Under the pieces are notes generated by a model. That model did not search any database. It saw nothing but the letters and a program-made list of their open reading frames with translations, and had not been told where the DNA came from. Position numbers and translations under genes: made by a program. Positions 1-9,647 of a DNA stretch of 64,000 nt are shown one piece after another. The stretch's first letter is position 1. Each line of letters opens with the position of its first letter. This DNA is from Firmicutes bacterium HGW-Firmicutes-16 (GTDB lineage Bacteria; Bacillota; Clostridia; Oscillospirales; Oscillospiraceae). The stretch is from contig PGZZ01000010.1 of NCBI GenBank assembly GCA_002841545.1, forward strand, positions 1 to 64,000, read 5' to 3'.

Positions 1-28
1 ATAATTTGAAAGGGAAGTGTAAAATTTA

Positions 29-1438
29 ATGGAAAAAATCATTCTGATCTGTGTTATCGCGGTTCTGGCGTTATCTCTTGTACTGTTTATTGTCCGCCGC
101 TACAAAAGATGCCCATCCGACAAAGTGATGGTTATCTACGGCAAGGTCGGCAGCGACAAAGACGGCTCCGCTCGAAGCGCAAAGTGCATACACGGCGGCG
201 CGGCGTTCATATGGCCGGTGTTTCAGTCATATGAATTTCTTGATCTGACGCCGCTGAGCATTTCCGTCGATTTGGAGAACGCTCTTTCCCGACAGAACAT
301 CCGTATCAACGTCCCCAGCCGTTTTACGGTTGGTATTTCAACCGAAATTGGCGTCATGCAGAACGCTGCCGAGCGCCTTTTGGGACTTAAGCTCGACGAG
401 GTCCAGGAGCTTGCAAAGGACATCATTTTCGGACAGCTCCGTCTTGTTGTTGCTACTATGGACATTGAGGAAATCAACACCGACCGTGATAAGTTCCTTG
501 AAGCAGTGTCCCGCAATGTCGAGGGCGAGCTGAAAAAAATTGGTCTGCGGCTTATTAACGTAAACGTCACCGACATTTCGGACGAAAGCGGTTATATTTC
601 GGCGCTTGGCAAGGAAGCGGCTGCAAAGGCAATTAATGACGCAAAGAAAACTGTTGCAGAAAAAGAGCGTGACGGTTCTATCGGCGAGGCAAACGCCGTC
701 CGTGACCAACGCGTCGAGGTCGCACAGGCGAATTCAATTGCAATACAGGGTGAAAACACGGCGCAAATCGAAATTGCGAGCTCCAACGCCGCAAGGCGTG
801 AGAAAGAGGCAGAATCGCTCCGCATAGCTACCGCGGCAGAGAAAATTCAGTCCGCAAAAGCTCTTGAAGAAGCCTATGCTGCCGAACAACAGGCCGAAGC
901 AGCTCGTTACGCCCGCGAAAAAGCAACACAAGAGGCTGATATAATCGTCAAGACTGAGATAGCAAAGCGCAAGTTGGAACTTGAGGCAGAGGCGGAAGCT
1001 GAGATGACTCGCCGCAAGGCAAGAGGTGAGGCGGATGCTATCAGAGCCAAGATGGAAGCTGAAGCCGAAGGTCAGAAGTCAATACTTATGAAGCAGGCGG
1101 AAGGCTTGAATGAGATAGTCAAGGCCGCCGGCGGCAACCCCGCCGATGCAATCAGACTGCTGTTGGCAGACAAGATGGAAGAGCTTATGCGCATCCAGGT
1201 CGATGCTGTCAAGAACATAAAGATCGACAAGATCACCGTCTGGGACGGCGGCGAAAGCGACGGTAAGACCGCGACAGCGGGCTTTGTCTCCGGCCTCATG
1301 AAATCTGTACCTCCGATGAGCGAGTTGTTCAACATGGCAGGTATGAACCTGCCCGAATTTATGGGTACTCCTAAGGACGCACCTCATATAATAACACCAG
1401 AGCAGACTCCAATACAGGAACAGGATCAAGACAAATAG
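29..1438 (+). CDS. Flotillin/SPFH (band-7) family membrane protein with a long Ala/Glu-rich coiled-coil tail
   Basis: 469-aa ORF with an N-terminal TM helix, an SPFH-like core and an extended EA-rich heptad region typical of bacterial FloT-like flotillins. RBS-like GGGAAG upstream. Confidence 0.8.
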   Translation: MEKIILICVIAVLALSLVLFIVRRYKRCPSDKVMVIYGKVGSDKDGSARSAKCIHGGAAFIWPVFQSYEFLDLTPLSISVDLENALSRQNIRINVPSRFTVGISTEIGVMQNAAERLLGLKLDEVQELAKDIIFGQLRLVVATMDIEEINTDRDKFLEAVSRNVEGELKKIGLRLINVNVTDISDESGYISALGKEAAAKAINDAKKTVAEKERDGSIGEANAVRDQRVEVAQANSIAIQGENTAQIEIASSNAARREKEAESLRIATAAEKIQSAKALEEAYAAEQQAEAARYAREKATQEADIIVKTEIAKRKLELEAEAEAEMTRRKARGEADAIRAKMEAEAEGQKSILMKQAEGLNEIVKAAGGNPADAIRLLLADKMEELMRIQVDAVKNIKIDKITVWDGGESDGKTATAGFVSGLMKSVPPMSELFNMAGMNLPEFMGTPKDAPHIITPEQTPIQEQDQDK

Positions 1439-1475
1439 TTTCAAAAGAGACCATCAAACAAAGAAGAGCGAAAAT

Positions 1476-1512
1476 AAGCCCCAAAAGCTTGGACTAAGCT
1501 TTTGGGGCTTAT
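1476..1512 (+). terminator. Intrinsic terminator hairpin after the flotillin gene
   Basis: 15-bp perfect stem aagccccaaaagctt/aagcttttggggctt with a 5-nt loop. The U-tail is weak. Confidence 0.5.
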
Positions 1513-1763
1513 ATCAATGATGCAATGAACATAATAAGGGCCGCTCGTGTTGTGGTTTCTCAGCATACCCAAAATTTATTTAGCTCAATTAACATCGTTT
1601 AGTATTTATACGTATTGTATTTCTACATAGGCTTGTTGCATTTTGTCGCCATATATTGTAATATTGGCACGGATACACACAAATCAGGGCAATTATATCT
1701 CGGGGACTACATAATCGTTTTGGTAAAAAAATAATGTGATTATCTGAACATGGAGGGGTAAAA

Positions 1764-2903
1764 ATGAGCAAAAAAAGACTGACGACTTGGGAAGCAGCAT
1801 GCATTATTACAGGCTACGGTGTTGGCGGCGGCGTTCTGAGTATGCCATACCTGGCGGAGAAGATAGGCCTTCTTCCTTCCCTTGTGCTACTTGTTATAGC
1901 TCTTTTGGCAAGTTACATACTCCATCTGATGATAGCGGATTTGGCGCTCAAAGTTTCGGAAGGAGGACAGATCGTTGCCTGCCTGTCCCAATTCTTGTTT
2001 CGCGGAAAGCTGAAGAAATTACTTACGACGCTGTTTTTCGTTCTTATGACCTTGATACTCTTTACCAATCTGGCGGCCTACATTTCCGGATCGAAAGAAA
2101 TTATAGTAGGGCTTCTGCCGATTCCAAGCTTCGTTGCAACGCTTATCTTTTATGTTATCGCCGCTTCCGTCGTCCTCTTCGGACTGAAGGCTGTCGGCGT
2201 CAGTGAGAAGATATCAGTCGCAGTCATATTCGGCTTGATCACCGTGCTGGCTGTTGCCTCATTCTTTGCGCCTTCCCATGCGCTTCCGCTTACCGGAGGC
2301 TCCGTCAATGGAACGCTTGCCTTCTACGGTATGGCTATGTTTGCAATGGCGGCCTTCTTCTCTGTCCCCCAAGCAGTGGAAGGCCTGAATAAAGATAAAA
2401 AACAAATCAAAAAGGCCGTGTTTCTCGGCCTGTTCAACAATTTTATCATTATCGTCGTGATTACCTTCTGCGCCCTGCTAGCATCTGATAAAGTCACGGA
2501 GGTAGCCATGGTCGGTTGGAGCGCCGGCATCGGCCCCTGGGCGCAGATTGTCGGAGGCTTGTTTACCATCCTCGCCATGCTTACCACTTATTGGTCCTTG
2601 TCTTTTGCGCTGGGCTCCATCGTGGAGGAACAGATGAAATGGGATGCAAGGCTTTGTTGGCTCATTGCCACGTTACCTTCGTTGATCCTAGCTCTGTTCA
2701 ACTTTGGCAGCTTTATGGAGTTCATGCGTCTGGCTGGAGGCCTGATATCAATTATCATTGCTATTATGGTCGTGCCCGCCTATCTCAATGCCCGGCGGGA
2801 GGTGGAAGGGTCCATCCTGACACACTGCGGGGGTAAGGTTACGGCCGCCGTAATTATTATAGCCTATATTCTCATGGGCATCGGAAGTGTGATTCCGATA
2901 TGA
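1764..2903 (+). CDS. Amino-acid permease, aromatic/hydroxy amino-acid (HAAAP/Trp-Tyr permease-like) family
   Basis: 379-aa polytopic membrane protein. N-terminal segment TGYGVGGGVLSMPY resembles amino-acid permease signatures. RBS GGAGGGG sits 7 nt upstream. Stop overlaps the start of the next gene. Confidence 0.55.
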   Translation: MSKKRLTTWEAACIITGYGVGGGVLSMPYLAEKIGLLPSLVLLVIALLASYILHLMIADLALKVSEGGQIVACLSQFLFRGKLKKLLTTLFFVLMTLILFTNLAAYISGSKEIIVGLLPIPSFVATLIFYVIAASVVLFGLKAVGVSEKISVAVIFGLITVLAVASFFAPSHALPLTGGSVNGTLAFYGMAMFAMAAFFSVPQAVEGLNKDKKQIKKAVFLGLFNNFIIIVVITFCALLASDKVTEVAMVGWSAGIGPWAQIVGGLFTILAMLTTYWSLSFALGSIVEEQMKWDARLCWLIATLPSLILALFNFGSFMEFMRLAGGLISIIIAIMVVPAYLNARREVEGSILTHCGGKVTAAVIIIAYILMGIGSVIPI

Positions 2904-4486
2904 AAAGAACCCTTTTTTATGGCGGCATATTTCATTCAGGTGTCAGTGAGGATGACACTTTCCGCTTTCTGGAAGTCACGGATGGGACGATTACAGGTAT
3001 ATTTCAGGAAAAGCCTGCGGACGTTAGATATAAGAATGAGGTTTCTCTGGGCGGAAAACATGTCTATCCCTGCCTGATTGACGCGCATGTTCACATGCTC
3101 TTTTCCGTAGTAGTCATGGCCATGGGCTTCAATGTCTGCGAAATCACGCAGGATGGTGTCGAGCCGCACAATTTGGCCGGAGTGGAAAAGAAAATTCGGG
3201 ATTATGCGGCGAGGCAGCCCAAGAACGCTGTCATCGCCGCCAACAACTATATCCTCACCGCAGTGGACGAGAGGCGTCTTCCCACTAAGGACGAATTGGA
3301 CGAATGGGCCGGCGGACGACCCATTGTAATATACAACATCGACGGCCACTGTAGTGCTCTTTCCACGAAAATGCTCTTAAAGCTAGAAATCGAACCTACG
3401 GGACACAACGGTATTTTATCCGGTGCGGCCCATGAACGTGTGCAAGGTCGGTTGACGGACATTATCGGCGCAGCTATCACGCTACCTTTACTGGCAAAAG
3501 GCTGTGCCAATTTTCAGAATGCCTGTGCTAAATACGGCATCAGTGTCGTCGGAGCGCTCGAAGGCAACGGCGACTCTCCAAAGGATGCTACGACGGCTCT
3601 CATCGTGAAGCTGGCCAGGCACTTCGATGTGGGCGTCCGTTTCTATTTTCAGTATTTCGATCTGGGAAAAACCGAAAAATTTGCGAAATATCAGAAGCAC
3701 CTACGGGTTGGCGGCTGTGGCGATTGGGAAATGGATGGAGCCACCGGCTCCCATTCCGCTGCCTTTCATGTTCCGTTCAAGGACACCGGCACGATTGCGC
3801 CCTGCTACTATGAACAAGACTTTGTGGATCGCGTTGTGAAGGAGGCCGAAGAGAAGGGTTACCAAATCGCAAGCCACGCTATCGGTGAAGCAGCTATCGA
3901 GCGCATCATTGCAGCTCTGAATAAAACGACTTCCGGGCGGCTGCACCGTATCGAACACTGTGAGTTCCACAATGATAAGTCGCTGGAAGAGCTGAAAAAG
4001 CTTCGTTATGCTGTCATGATGCAGCCGGGCTATGCCTGGATCGATAAGCGCTATCTGAACACTTACACTCAGTTTCTGCCTCAGGAGATCGTTAACCGTC
4101 TGCGGTTTAAAACCCTTTACGATGCGGGCATCTGTATTTGCGGCTCCAGTGACAGTCCTGTGCAGGACATGGATCCATGGCTGCAGATGCTTGGCATGGT
4201 AGATTTCTATAATCCGGAGGAGTCCATCACCCCCTTTGAGGCTTTTCGCTGTTATACGATCAATCCTGCCAGAGCCATTCTGGAAGAGGACGAACGCGGC
4301 ACGCTGGAAGTCGGCAAAGTGGCTGATTTCTTCACTGCAGACGAAGATCTTTTTGCTGTACATCCGAAAGACATCGTGTCCTTCCGGCCGCAGTGTACCT
4401 ATTACGGCGGACGGCCCTACCGCAAGAAAAAGGGGACTAGTGCTGAATTGCTTTGGTCGATGTTGAAAAGAGCCAAACCTGTTTGA
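2900..4486 (+). CDS. Amidohydrolase-family (metal-dependent TIM-barrel) hydrolase
   Basis: 528 aa. Has the HxH motif (CLIDAHVHM) and a distal HxxE/D signature typical of the amidohydrolase-3 superfamily. Translationally coupled to the upstream permease (ATGA overlap). Confidence 0.75.
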   Translation: MKRTLFYGGIFHSGVSEDDTFRFLEVTDGTITGIFQEKPADVRYKNEVSLGGKHVYPCLIDAHVHMLFSVVVMAMGFNVCEITQDGVEPHNLAGVEKKIRDYAARQPKNAVIAANNYILTAVDERRLPTKDELDEWAGGRPIVIYNIDGHCSALSTKMLLKLEIEPTGHNGILSGAAHERVQGRLTDIIGAAITLPLLAKGCANFQNACAKYGISVVGALEGNGDSPKDATTALIVKLARHFDVGVRFYFQYFDLGKTEKFAKYQKHLRVGGCGDWEMDGATGSHSAAFHVPFKDTGTIAPCYYEQDFVDRVVKEAEEKGYQIASHAIGEAAIERIIAALNKTTSGRLHRIEHCEFHNDKSLEELKKLRYAVMMQPGYAWIDKRYLNTYTQFLPQEIVNRLRFKTLYDAGICICGSSDSPVQDMDPWLQMLGMVDFYNPEESITPFEAFRCYTINPARAILEEDERGTLEVGKVADFFTADEDLFAVHPKDIVSFRPQCTYYGGRPYRKKKGTSAELLWSMLKRAKPV

Positions 4487-4523
4487 CAAAGATGGCTATG
4501 GTATTGTACTTGAGCCTTCAAAA

Positions 4524-4551
4524 AAACGCTCTCTAAAAAGAGCGTTTTTTT
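4524..4551 (+). terminator. Rho-independent terminator
   Basis: Stem aaacgctct/agagcgttt followed by a T7 run. Confidence 0.7.
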
Positions 4552-4675
4552 GCTTATGATCAATTGCGAGAACTTTTTGCCGCAGCTGTTTTTCGGGGAC
4601 TATTGCGTGAATTGTTCGAAATAATATTATCTCGTTATTCTATAAGTAATTTATTATTTTAACTCCACAGCTGAA

Positions 4676-5722
4676 TTATATCGTTTTTACCTGCTTTAAA
4701 TATTTCTTGATTTCCAGATACGCCGTCCAGAAGGAAATGATACTTACTGCACTCTGATTCGGATTCAATCTGTCAATTTCAATTCCGTCATAACATCCGC
4801 CGGTCTCGTCATCCAAGAGGGTGAGATTTCTAGAATTCTTACCTACATACCACAAAAAGCAGGTTTTGGCCTTAGCTATATACTCAATATTATTTGTGAC
4901 GAGGAAAGCTTCTATATAGGCAGAGGTTGCTTCGCTGGCCTCTAATGTTTGCTCATCAAACTGAAAAGCTTCATTTTCGCTGTTTTGTAAGCCGTTTTTG
5001 CCAATTGGTCTAAAATAACCCTCGGTAAAGGTTTTGCCCTCCAAAAACTGAAGGCTCTCTAAGCCTACTTTCAAATATCGTGCTTCCTTTGTGACCTTAA
5101 ACGCTGTAAGTAAGGCCCTTGGCAATGCCGCATTGCAGCAGGTCAAGCTGTCTTCAAACCATAGCCAAGTGTCGTTTTTGTAATGCATATAATGATCCGC
5201 CAGCAAAGCCGCCAACTTAGAAATATATCCATTGGTTTTTTCCTCATCCAGATAGTTCAGCCCGATGATTACATATGCGATTGCTCTGGATGAAGTCCGC
5301 TTCATGCAATTCGGCAAGGCTTTGTCAATCAAATCCCTCACAGCTTTTTTGATACTAAGCGGAGTGTTATTGTCCGAATAAGCATAGCAAAGCGCCCCAA
5401 GGCACCGCCCAAAGCATTCTTCCGGAACTTCTTCTTCCAAAAATTCACGGTTATATCCCATTGAATTTCGAAAAGTCCCATCTTCTTTTTGAGCATTGGA
5501 TAAAAAGGATACATATTTATAAATCAGGTTTTCAACTTTTTTCGAATGCGTTTGCTCGAAAAGCTTGACTGCCATAATTAGTGCTCGTGCGTTGTCGACG
5601 CTTGTATATCCCTTCGAGAGATCGGGAACTCCATAATTTGAATGCTGAAGCATTCCGGTGTCATCGGTCATACGAAAAATGTGATCTGTTTTTAATTTTG
5701 TTGGCAAATTATCGGCTATCAT
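4676..5722 (-). CDS. Hypothetical protein, possibly an (alpha/alpha)6-toroid glycoside-hydrolase-like fold
   Basis: 348-aa ORF with good coding statistics. No signature motif could be assigned confidently from sequence alone. Confidence 0.35.
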   Translation of the reverse strand: MIADNLPTKLKTDHIFRMTDDTGMLQHSNYGVPDLSKGYTSVDNARALIMAVKLFEQTHSKKVENLIYKYVSFLSNAQKEDGTFRNSMGYNREFLEEEVPEECFGRCLGALCYAYSDNNTPLSIKKAVRDLIDKALPNCMKRTSSRAIAYVIIGLNYLDEEKTNGYISKLAALLADHYMHYKNDTWLWFEDSLTCCNAALPRALLTAFKVTKEARYLKVGLESLQFLEGKTFTEGYFRPIGKNGLQNSENEAFQFDEQTLEASEATSAYIEAFLVTNNIEYIAKAKTCFLWYVGKNSRNLTLLDDETGGCYDGIEIDRLNPNQSAVSIISFWTAYLEIKKYLKQVKTI

Positions 5723-5935
5723 TTGGTACCCCCTGTTTGGTAATGACTAAATTACGTAATCTATATTCTTTCATAGCAACGAGAAAACTTATACGCATTC
5801 AATGCGCTAAATTGAGAAGCCGCCATGGGCAAAGTTGAAGAAAGCTCGGCTTTTGAATCTCGCAGAACTTTCTTCTTAGAGCTGTTTTAAATTATCAATT
5901 TTGACGCAAATAAATTTGTATATGTCTATCCGTAC

Positions 5936-6048
5936 TATCTTTTGGCCTTCTTTGCTGAGACAGTTTCAATCACAGCTACCGGCTGCTCGGTTACTTTCTC
6001 AATCTTTTTCTTCTTTTTCATTTGCTTGTTTGGATTCTTATCTCCCAT
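5936..6048 (-). CDS. Candidate 37-aa lysine-rich small protein (MGDKNPNKQMKKKKKIEKVTEQPVAVIETVSAKKAKR)
   Basis: ATG preceded by GGTGA. Highly basic peptide lying in an otherwise long AT-rich intergenic region. Not in the ORF track because it is under 60 aa. Confidence 0.2.
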
Positions 6049-6318
6049 GTTGTTTCACCGCCTTATACTTTTATTAAGTATTATTTGCTACTAATGTATA
6101 ATTTATACAGTTGATTCTATTAAAAAAAGCCACATTAATAAAAGTGACTTTAAGTAGGGCTATCCATTTTGCTGTTAGCACTCTTCACTGCTGAGTGCTA
6201 ATTCTAGTATACCACAAGTTTTCGTAAAGTCAAATTTACCTTATATTATTCGCAATACTGATTGAATAATAACTTGAAAATTTGCAGACAGTATAATAAA
6301 AAAATAGGAGGCGGTCTT

Positions 6319-6549
6319 ATGAAAACAAATCCTGACAACCGCAAAGATAATGTCGAAAATATTCAGAAAAACATCAATATGACTATTCATAACATGGAAT
6401 TGGCAGATGAAATGATCGCGAAAACTGACAATAAAAAAACAAAAGAAGAGCTTGGCGCAAAGAATGAGAGGCGTGAAGACGCTTTGGAAGGAATGCGTAA
6501 AGAAATTAAGGATGAGGCTAACGCCAGAGACAAAAACAATAGAAATTAA
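6319..6549 (+). CDS. tlp: Small acid-soluble spore protein Tlp (thioredoxin-like protein) homolog
   Basis: 76-aa product. The pattern PDNRKDNVENIQ...KNERREDALEGMRKEIKDEANARDKN matches the B. subtilis Tlp pattern DDRSDNVEKLQ...NREQSIQAFRSEIKDE. Strong RBS AGGAGG 7 nt upstream of ATG 6319. Confidence 0.7.
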   Translation: MKTNPDNRKDNVENIQKNINMTIHNMELADEMIAKTDNKKTKEELGAKNERREDALEGMRKEIKDEANARDKNNRN

Positions 6550-6570
6550 AGTAATGAAGCCTAAATTGAT

Positions 6571-6612
6571 AAATACCACAAGATGGTTGAGTATCTTGTG
6601 GTATTTATTATA
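6571..6612 (+). terminator. Intrinsic terminator after tlp
   Basis: 13-14-bp perfect stem aaataccacaagat/atcttgtggtattt followed by a T-rich tract. Confidence 0.7.
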
Positions 6613-6776
6613 ATTACACAGTTTTTTGTCGCAGTATACTCATCAATAATGAGCGCAAATCAAACCTTTTTCTGCCTTACGTAGACTCTGTACAAATATC
6701 TGATAAATGATATAATATCTGCATTGCAAATACTGCACATACACCTACACTGTCGGTGGGACATATTGAGGTTAAA

Positions 6777-7604
6777 ATGGAAAAATATCAGGAAATCGAA
6801 AGAAGCATCATAAAAAAGTACCGCAAAGAGATATGGAACAGATTTATAGACGCGGTAGTCCAGTATCAGCTCGTTCAGGAAGGCGACAACATAGCCGTCT
6901 GCATTTCCGGCGGCAAGGACTCCATGCTGATGGCAAAGTGCATGCAAGAGCTCCAAAGACATGGAAAACACAAAATCGGACTTGAATTTCTTATAATGGA
7001 TCCGGGCTATAACCCAATGAATAGGCAGAAAATAATCGACAATGCGAAGCTTATGAACGTACCTATAAAAATGTTCGAAACCGATATTTTCGATATTGTT
7101 GCCGGTACGGACAGGTCCCCCTGCTATCTGTGCGCCAGAATGCGTAGAGGATATCTGTATAGTCATGCTAAAGAACTCGGATGTAATAAAATCGCGCTTG
7201 GACATCATTTCGACGATGTAATCGAAACCATTTTAATGAGTATGTTCTACGGAGCGGAGTATAAATCCATGATGCCGAAGCTCCACAGTACAAACTTTGA
7301 GGGAATGGAGCTTATCCGCCCCATGTATATGGTCAGGGAAGAGGATGTTCTCAAATGGAAAAGATACAATGAGCTGGACTTCATCCAATGCGCCTGCCGC
7401 TTTACCGAAAACTGCGCGCTGGACGAAAACGCAGGCGTTTCCAAAAGGCTGGAAATGAAGGCCCTGATAAAAAATCTGCGGCAGACCAGCCCAGGCATAG
7501 ATCAGAACATTTTTAACAGCGCGCAAAATGTCAATCTGAATACTGTAATCGCGTATAGAGACAAAACCGGTAAACATAGTTTTCTGGATACTTATAACGA
7601 TTAG
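6777..7604 (+). CDS. ttcA: PP-loop ATP pyrophosphatase, tRNA 2-thiocytidine synthetase TtcA-like
   Basis: SGGKDS PP-loop motif plus two CxxC motifs (CYLCARM, CACRF), typical of TtcA-family tRNA thiolation enzymes. The start was placed at ATG 6777, which has a GAGGT RBS. The ORF-track start is an upstream GTG. Confidence 0.7.
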   Translation: MEKYQEIERSIIKKYRKEIWNRFIDAVVQYQLVQEGDNIAVCISGGKDSMLMAKCMQELQRHGKHKIGLEFLIMDPGYNPMNRQKIIDNAKLMNVPIKMFETDIFDIVAGTDRSPCYLCARMRRGYLYSHAKELGCNKIALGHHFDDVIETILMSMFYGAEYKSMMPKLHSTNFEGMELIRPMYMVREEDVLKWKRYNELDFIQCACRFTENCALDENAGVSKRLEMKALIKNLRQTSPGIDQNIFNSAQNVNLNTVIAYRDKTGKHSFLDTYND

Positions 7605-7630
7605 AAGGACTTCTTTTCTTGCATATAAAA

Positions 7631-7670
7631 CGCCTGCAGCAATTTCATTCGCCGCAGGCGCTATTTTTAT
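7631..7670 (+). terminator. Intrinsic terminator
   Basis: Stem cgcctgc/gcaggcg followed by ctattttta. Confidence 0.5.
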
Positions 7671-7807
7671 ACTGATTTGTCCATTTATAGTCTGTTTTAC
7701 CATATTTGCGTCTGCCTTTTAAAGGTTCCTGGCATATCCATATTTTTTTATCTGCCTTAGCTGATTAATACATAATACATGCAAAAACTAATGCCGGAGG
7801 TGTTCAT

Positions 7808-8440
7808 ATGAAACACATGAGAAAATTTAAAATGCTGATAACCTGTATCCTTGCTTCAGCATTGTTATTATTCCCCATTCAGGCATTTGCACAGAGCGGT
7901 ACGCATACGGTCGCGCCGGGGGACAGCATGTGGAAGATTGCCGTCAGATATCAGATCGGCGTGAGTGAACTGATTCAGGCAAATCCGCAAATAAGCAACC
8001 CCTCGCAAATTTATCCGGGGCAGAAAATTAACATTCCGAGTATAGATGACGTGAAATCTCTGGAACAAAAGGTTATCGATTTGGTTAATCAGCAGAGAGC
8101 CAATAATGGGCTGCCGGCGCTGAAAGCCAACTGGGAAATTTGCCGCGTGGCGCGCTATAAGTCACAGGATATGATAAACAAGGGCTATTTTGCCCATCAG
8201 TCTCCTACCTATGGTTCACCATTCAACATGATGGAGAACTTTGGGATAAAGTTTTCGGCTGCGGGAGAAAACATCGCCTATGGACAGCGGACTCCTCAAG
8301 AGGTTATGACCACATGGATGAATTCTCCGGGCCATCGAAGCAATATATTAAATGCGACCTATAACCAAATAGGTGTCGGTGTTGCAAAGACTTCCAGCGG
8401 CACTTTCTATTGGACGCAGATGTTTATCAAATATCCTTAA
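7808..8440 (+). CDS. Secreted LysM-domain plus CAP/SCP (YkwD-like) domain protein
   Basis: Signal peptide. LysM motif HTVAPGDSMWKIAVRYQIGVSELIQANP. C-terminal CAP domain motifs (GENIAYGQ, WMNSPGHRSNIL). Confidence 0.8.
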   Translation: MKHMRKFKMLITCILASALLLFPIQAFAQSGTHTVAPGDSMWKIAVRYQIGVSELIQANPQISNPSQIYPGQKINIPSIDDVKSLEQKVIDLVNQQRANNGLPALKANWEICRVARYKSQDMINKGYFAHQSPTYGSPFNMMENFGIKFSAAGENIAYGQRTPQEVMTTWMNSPGHRSNILNATYNQIGVGVAKTSSGTFYWTQMFIKYP

Positions 8441-8470
8441 TAGGTGAACGGAAACAATATTTCGGCGACT

Positions 8471-8511
8471 AAAAACGCCTCAGAGAAAATTAATCTCTGA
8501 GGCGTTTTTGC
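8471..8511 (+). terminator. Rho-independent terminator
   Basis: 15-bp stem aaaaacgcctcagag/ctctgaggcgttttt. Confidence 0.8.
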
Positions 8512-8543
8512 TAATGTTTGATAAAAATATTGTTTGCAAAAAT

Positions 8544-8969
8544 ATGGACGAAATGAAAAGCAGTTTGGAGAACTGTTTAAAAGAAGACAGCACATTTTTG
8601 AATGCCTAAGTCGAACTATCAAAAATACTACGTCGGCAGGGAGACATAGCAAATGCTGAAAAATACTGCGAGGGGGTTCTCGGTAAAAATAAACATTATA
8701 GCGAAGCTCTGCGCTGTTTAGCGGTAATCAGGCTATTGAACGGCGACAAAGAAGATGGGCTGGATTTAGCATATCAGGCCTTTGAGCAGGACCCAGATGG
8801 GCTTTTTATACGGGACACTTATATCGTAGCACTACACGAAAACGATAAGAGCGACGAGACAGATGCTCAAATTAAAGAGTACCTTGCAAAAGGCAACACA
8901 CTTGACGAAGATACTCAAGCGTACTTAGACGGTAAAATATCTCTCCGCGATTTATACATCGACGAATAG
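8544..8969 (+). pseudogene. TPR-like small protein interrupted by an in-frame TAA stop at 8607-8609
   Basis: ATG 8544 (MDEMKSSLENCLKEDSTFLNA) and the downstream TPR-like ORF (VELSKILRRQGDIANAEKYCEGVL...LYIDE) are in the same frame, separated only by TAA. The ORF track reports just the 3' part, from an internal TTG at 8736. Confidence 0.4.
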
Positions 8970-8983
8970 GGAGGAGCAATATT

Positions 8984-9519
8984 ATGATTTTTCCTATACC
9001 GGGCATATTAATTCTGCAATAACTTTCCCGGGCGTAATTGTTCACGAGCTTGCACATCAACTATTCTGTCGCCTAATGCGTGTACCGGTTTATGAGGTGA
9101 AGTATTTTCAATTGAAAAATCCCTGCGGTTATGTAATACATGAGGCGACTGAAAGCCCCTTAAAAACCTTTTTTATTTCAATCGGACCGTTTTTAGTTAA
9201 CACCATTGTCGGAATGATAGTTATTGCACCAGCGGCAATTGAATTGATAAAATTTAAAGATTATTCAAATCCACTGAACTTAGTCTTAGGCTGGCTTGGT
9301 TTTTCAATTTTGATGCATGCTTTCCCGAGTTCGGGCGACGCAAAAGTGTTGGTTAAAGACATATTAAAAAACAAGAATGTAAATATATTTGTAAGAATAA
9401 TAATTGCGCCAGTAATAGGTCTTATTTACGTTGGTGCTTTCGGTTCAATAGTGTGGCTTGACTTTTTATATGCTTTATTAATTGCCATGGTAATCCCTAA
9501 TCTGCTTTTATTGTTTTAG
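8984..9519 (+). pseudogene. Membrane protein with an N-terminal HExxH (zincin-like, DUF3267-like) motif, apparently frameshifted at a T5 homopolymer (8988-8992)
   Basis: Strong RBS AGGGAGGAG lies 7 nt upstream of ATG 8984, which hits a stop after 12 codons. One extra T in the T-run would give MIFSYTGHINSAITFPGVIVHELAHQLFCRLMRVPVYEV..., continuous with the track ORF 9076..9519 (three or four TM helices). Confidence 0.5.
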
Positions 9520-9647
9520 AAAGAAGATTGAAAACCGCAATTTTTCAGGCTTTATTTTATAATTTGTCAGAACCGGTGTAAAATTGAGATACAATAAAAA
9601 GGGCTGTACAGCATCGTTGCTGTACAGCCCTTTTCGTTGGCGCTTAA

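Noticed and set aside
223-1444. Multiple short ORFs (60-123 aa) on both strands overlapping the flotillin gene; similar antisense ORFs occur throughout the window.
   Set aside because: All are embedded within longer, well-supported genes on the opposite strand or in alternative frames, with biased amino-acid composition. Treated as frame artefacts.
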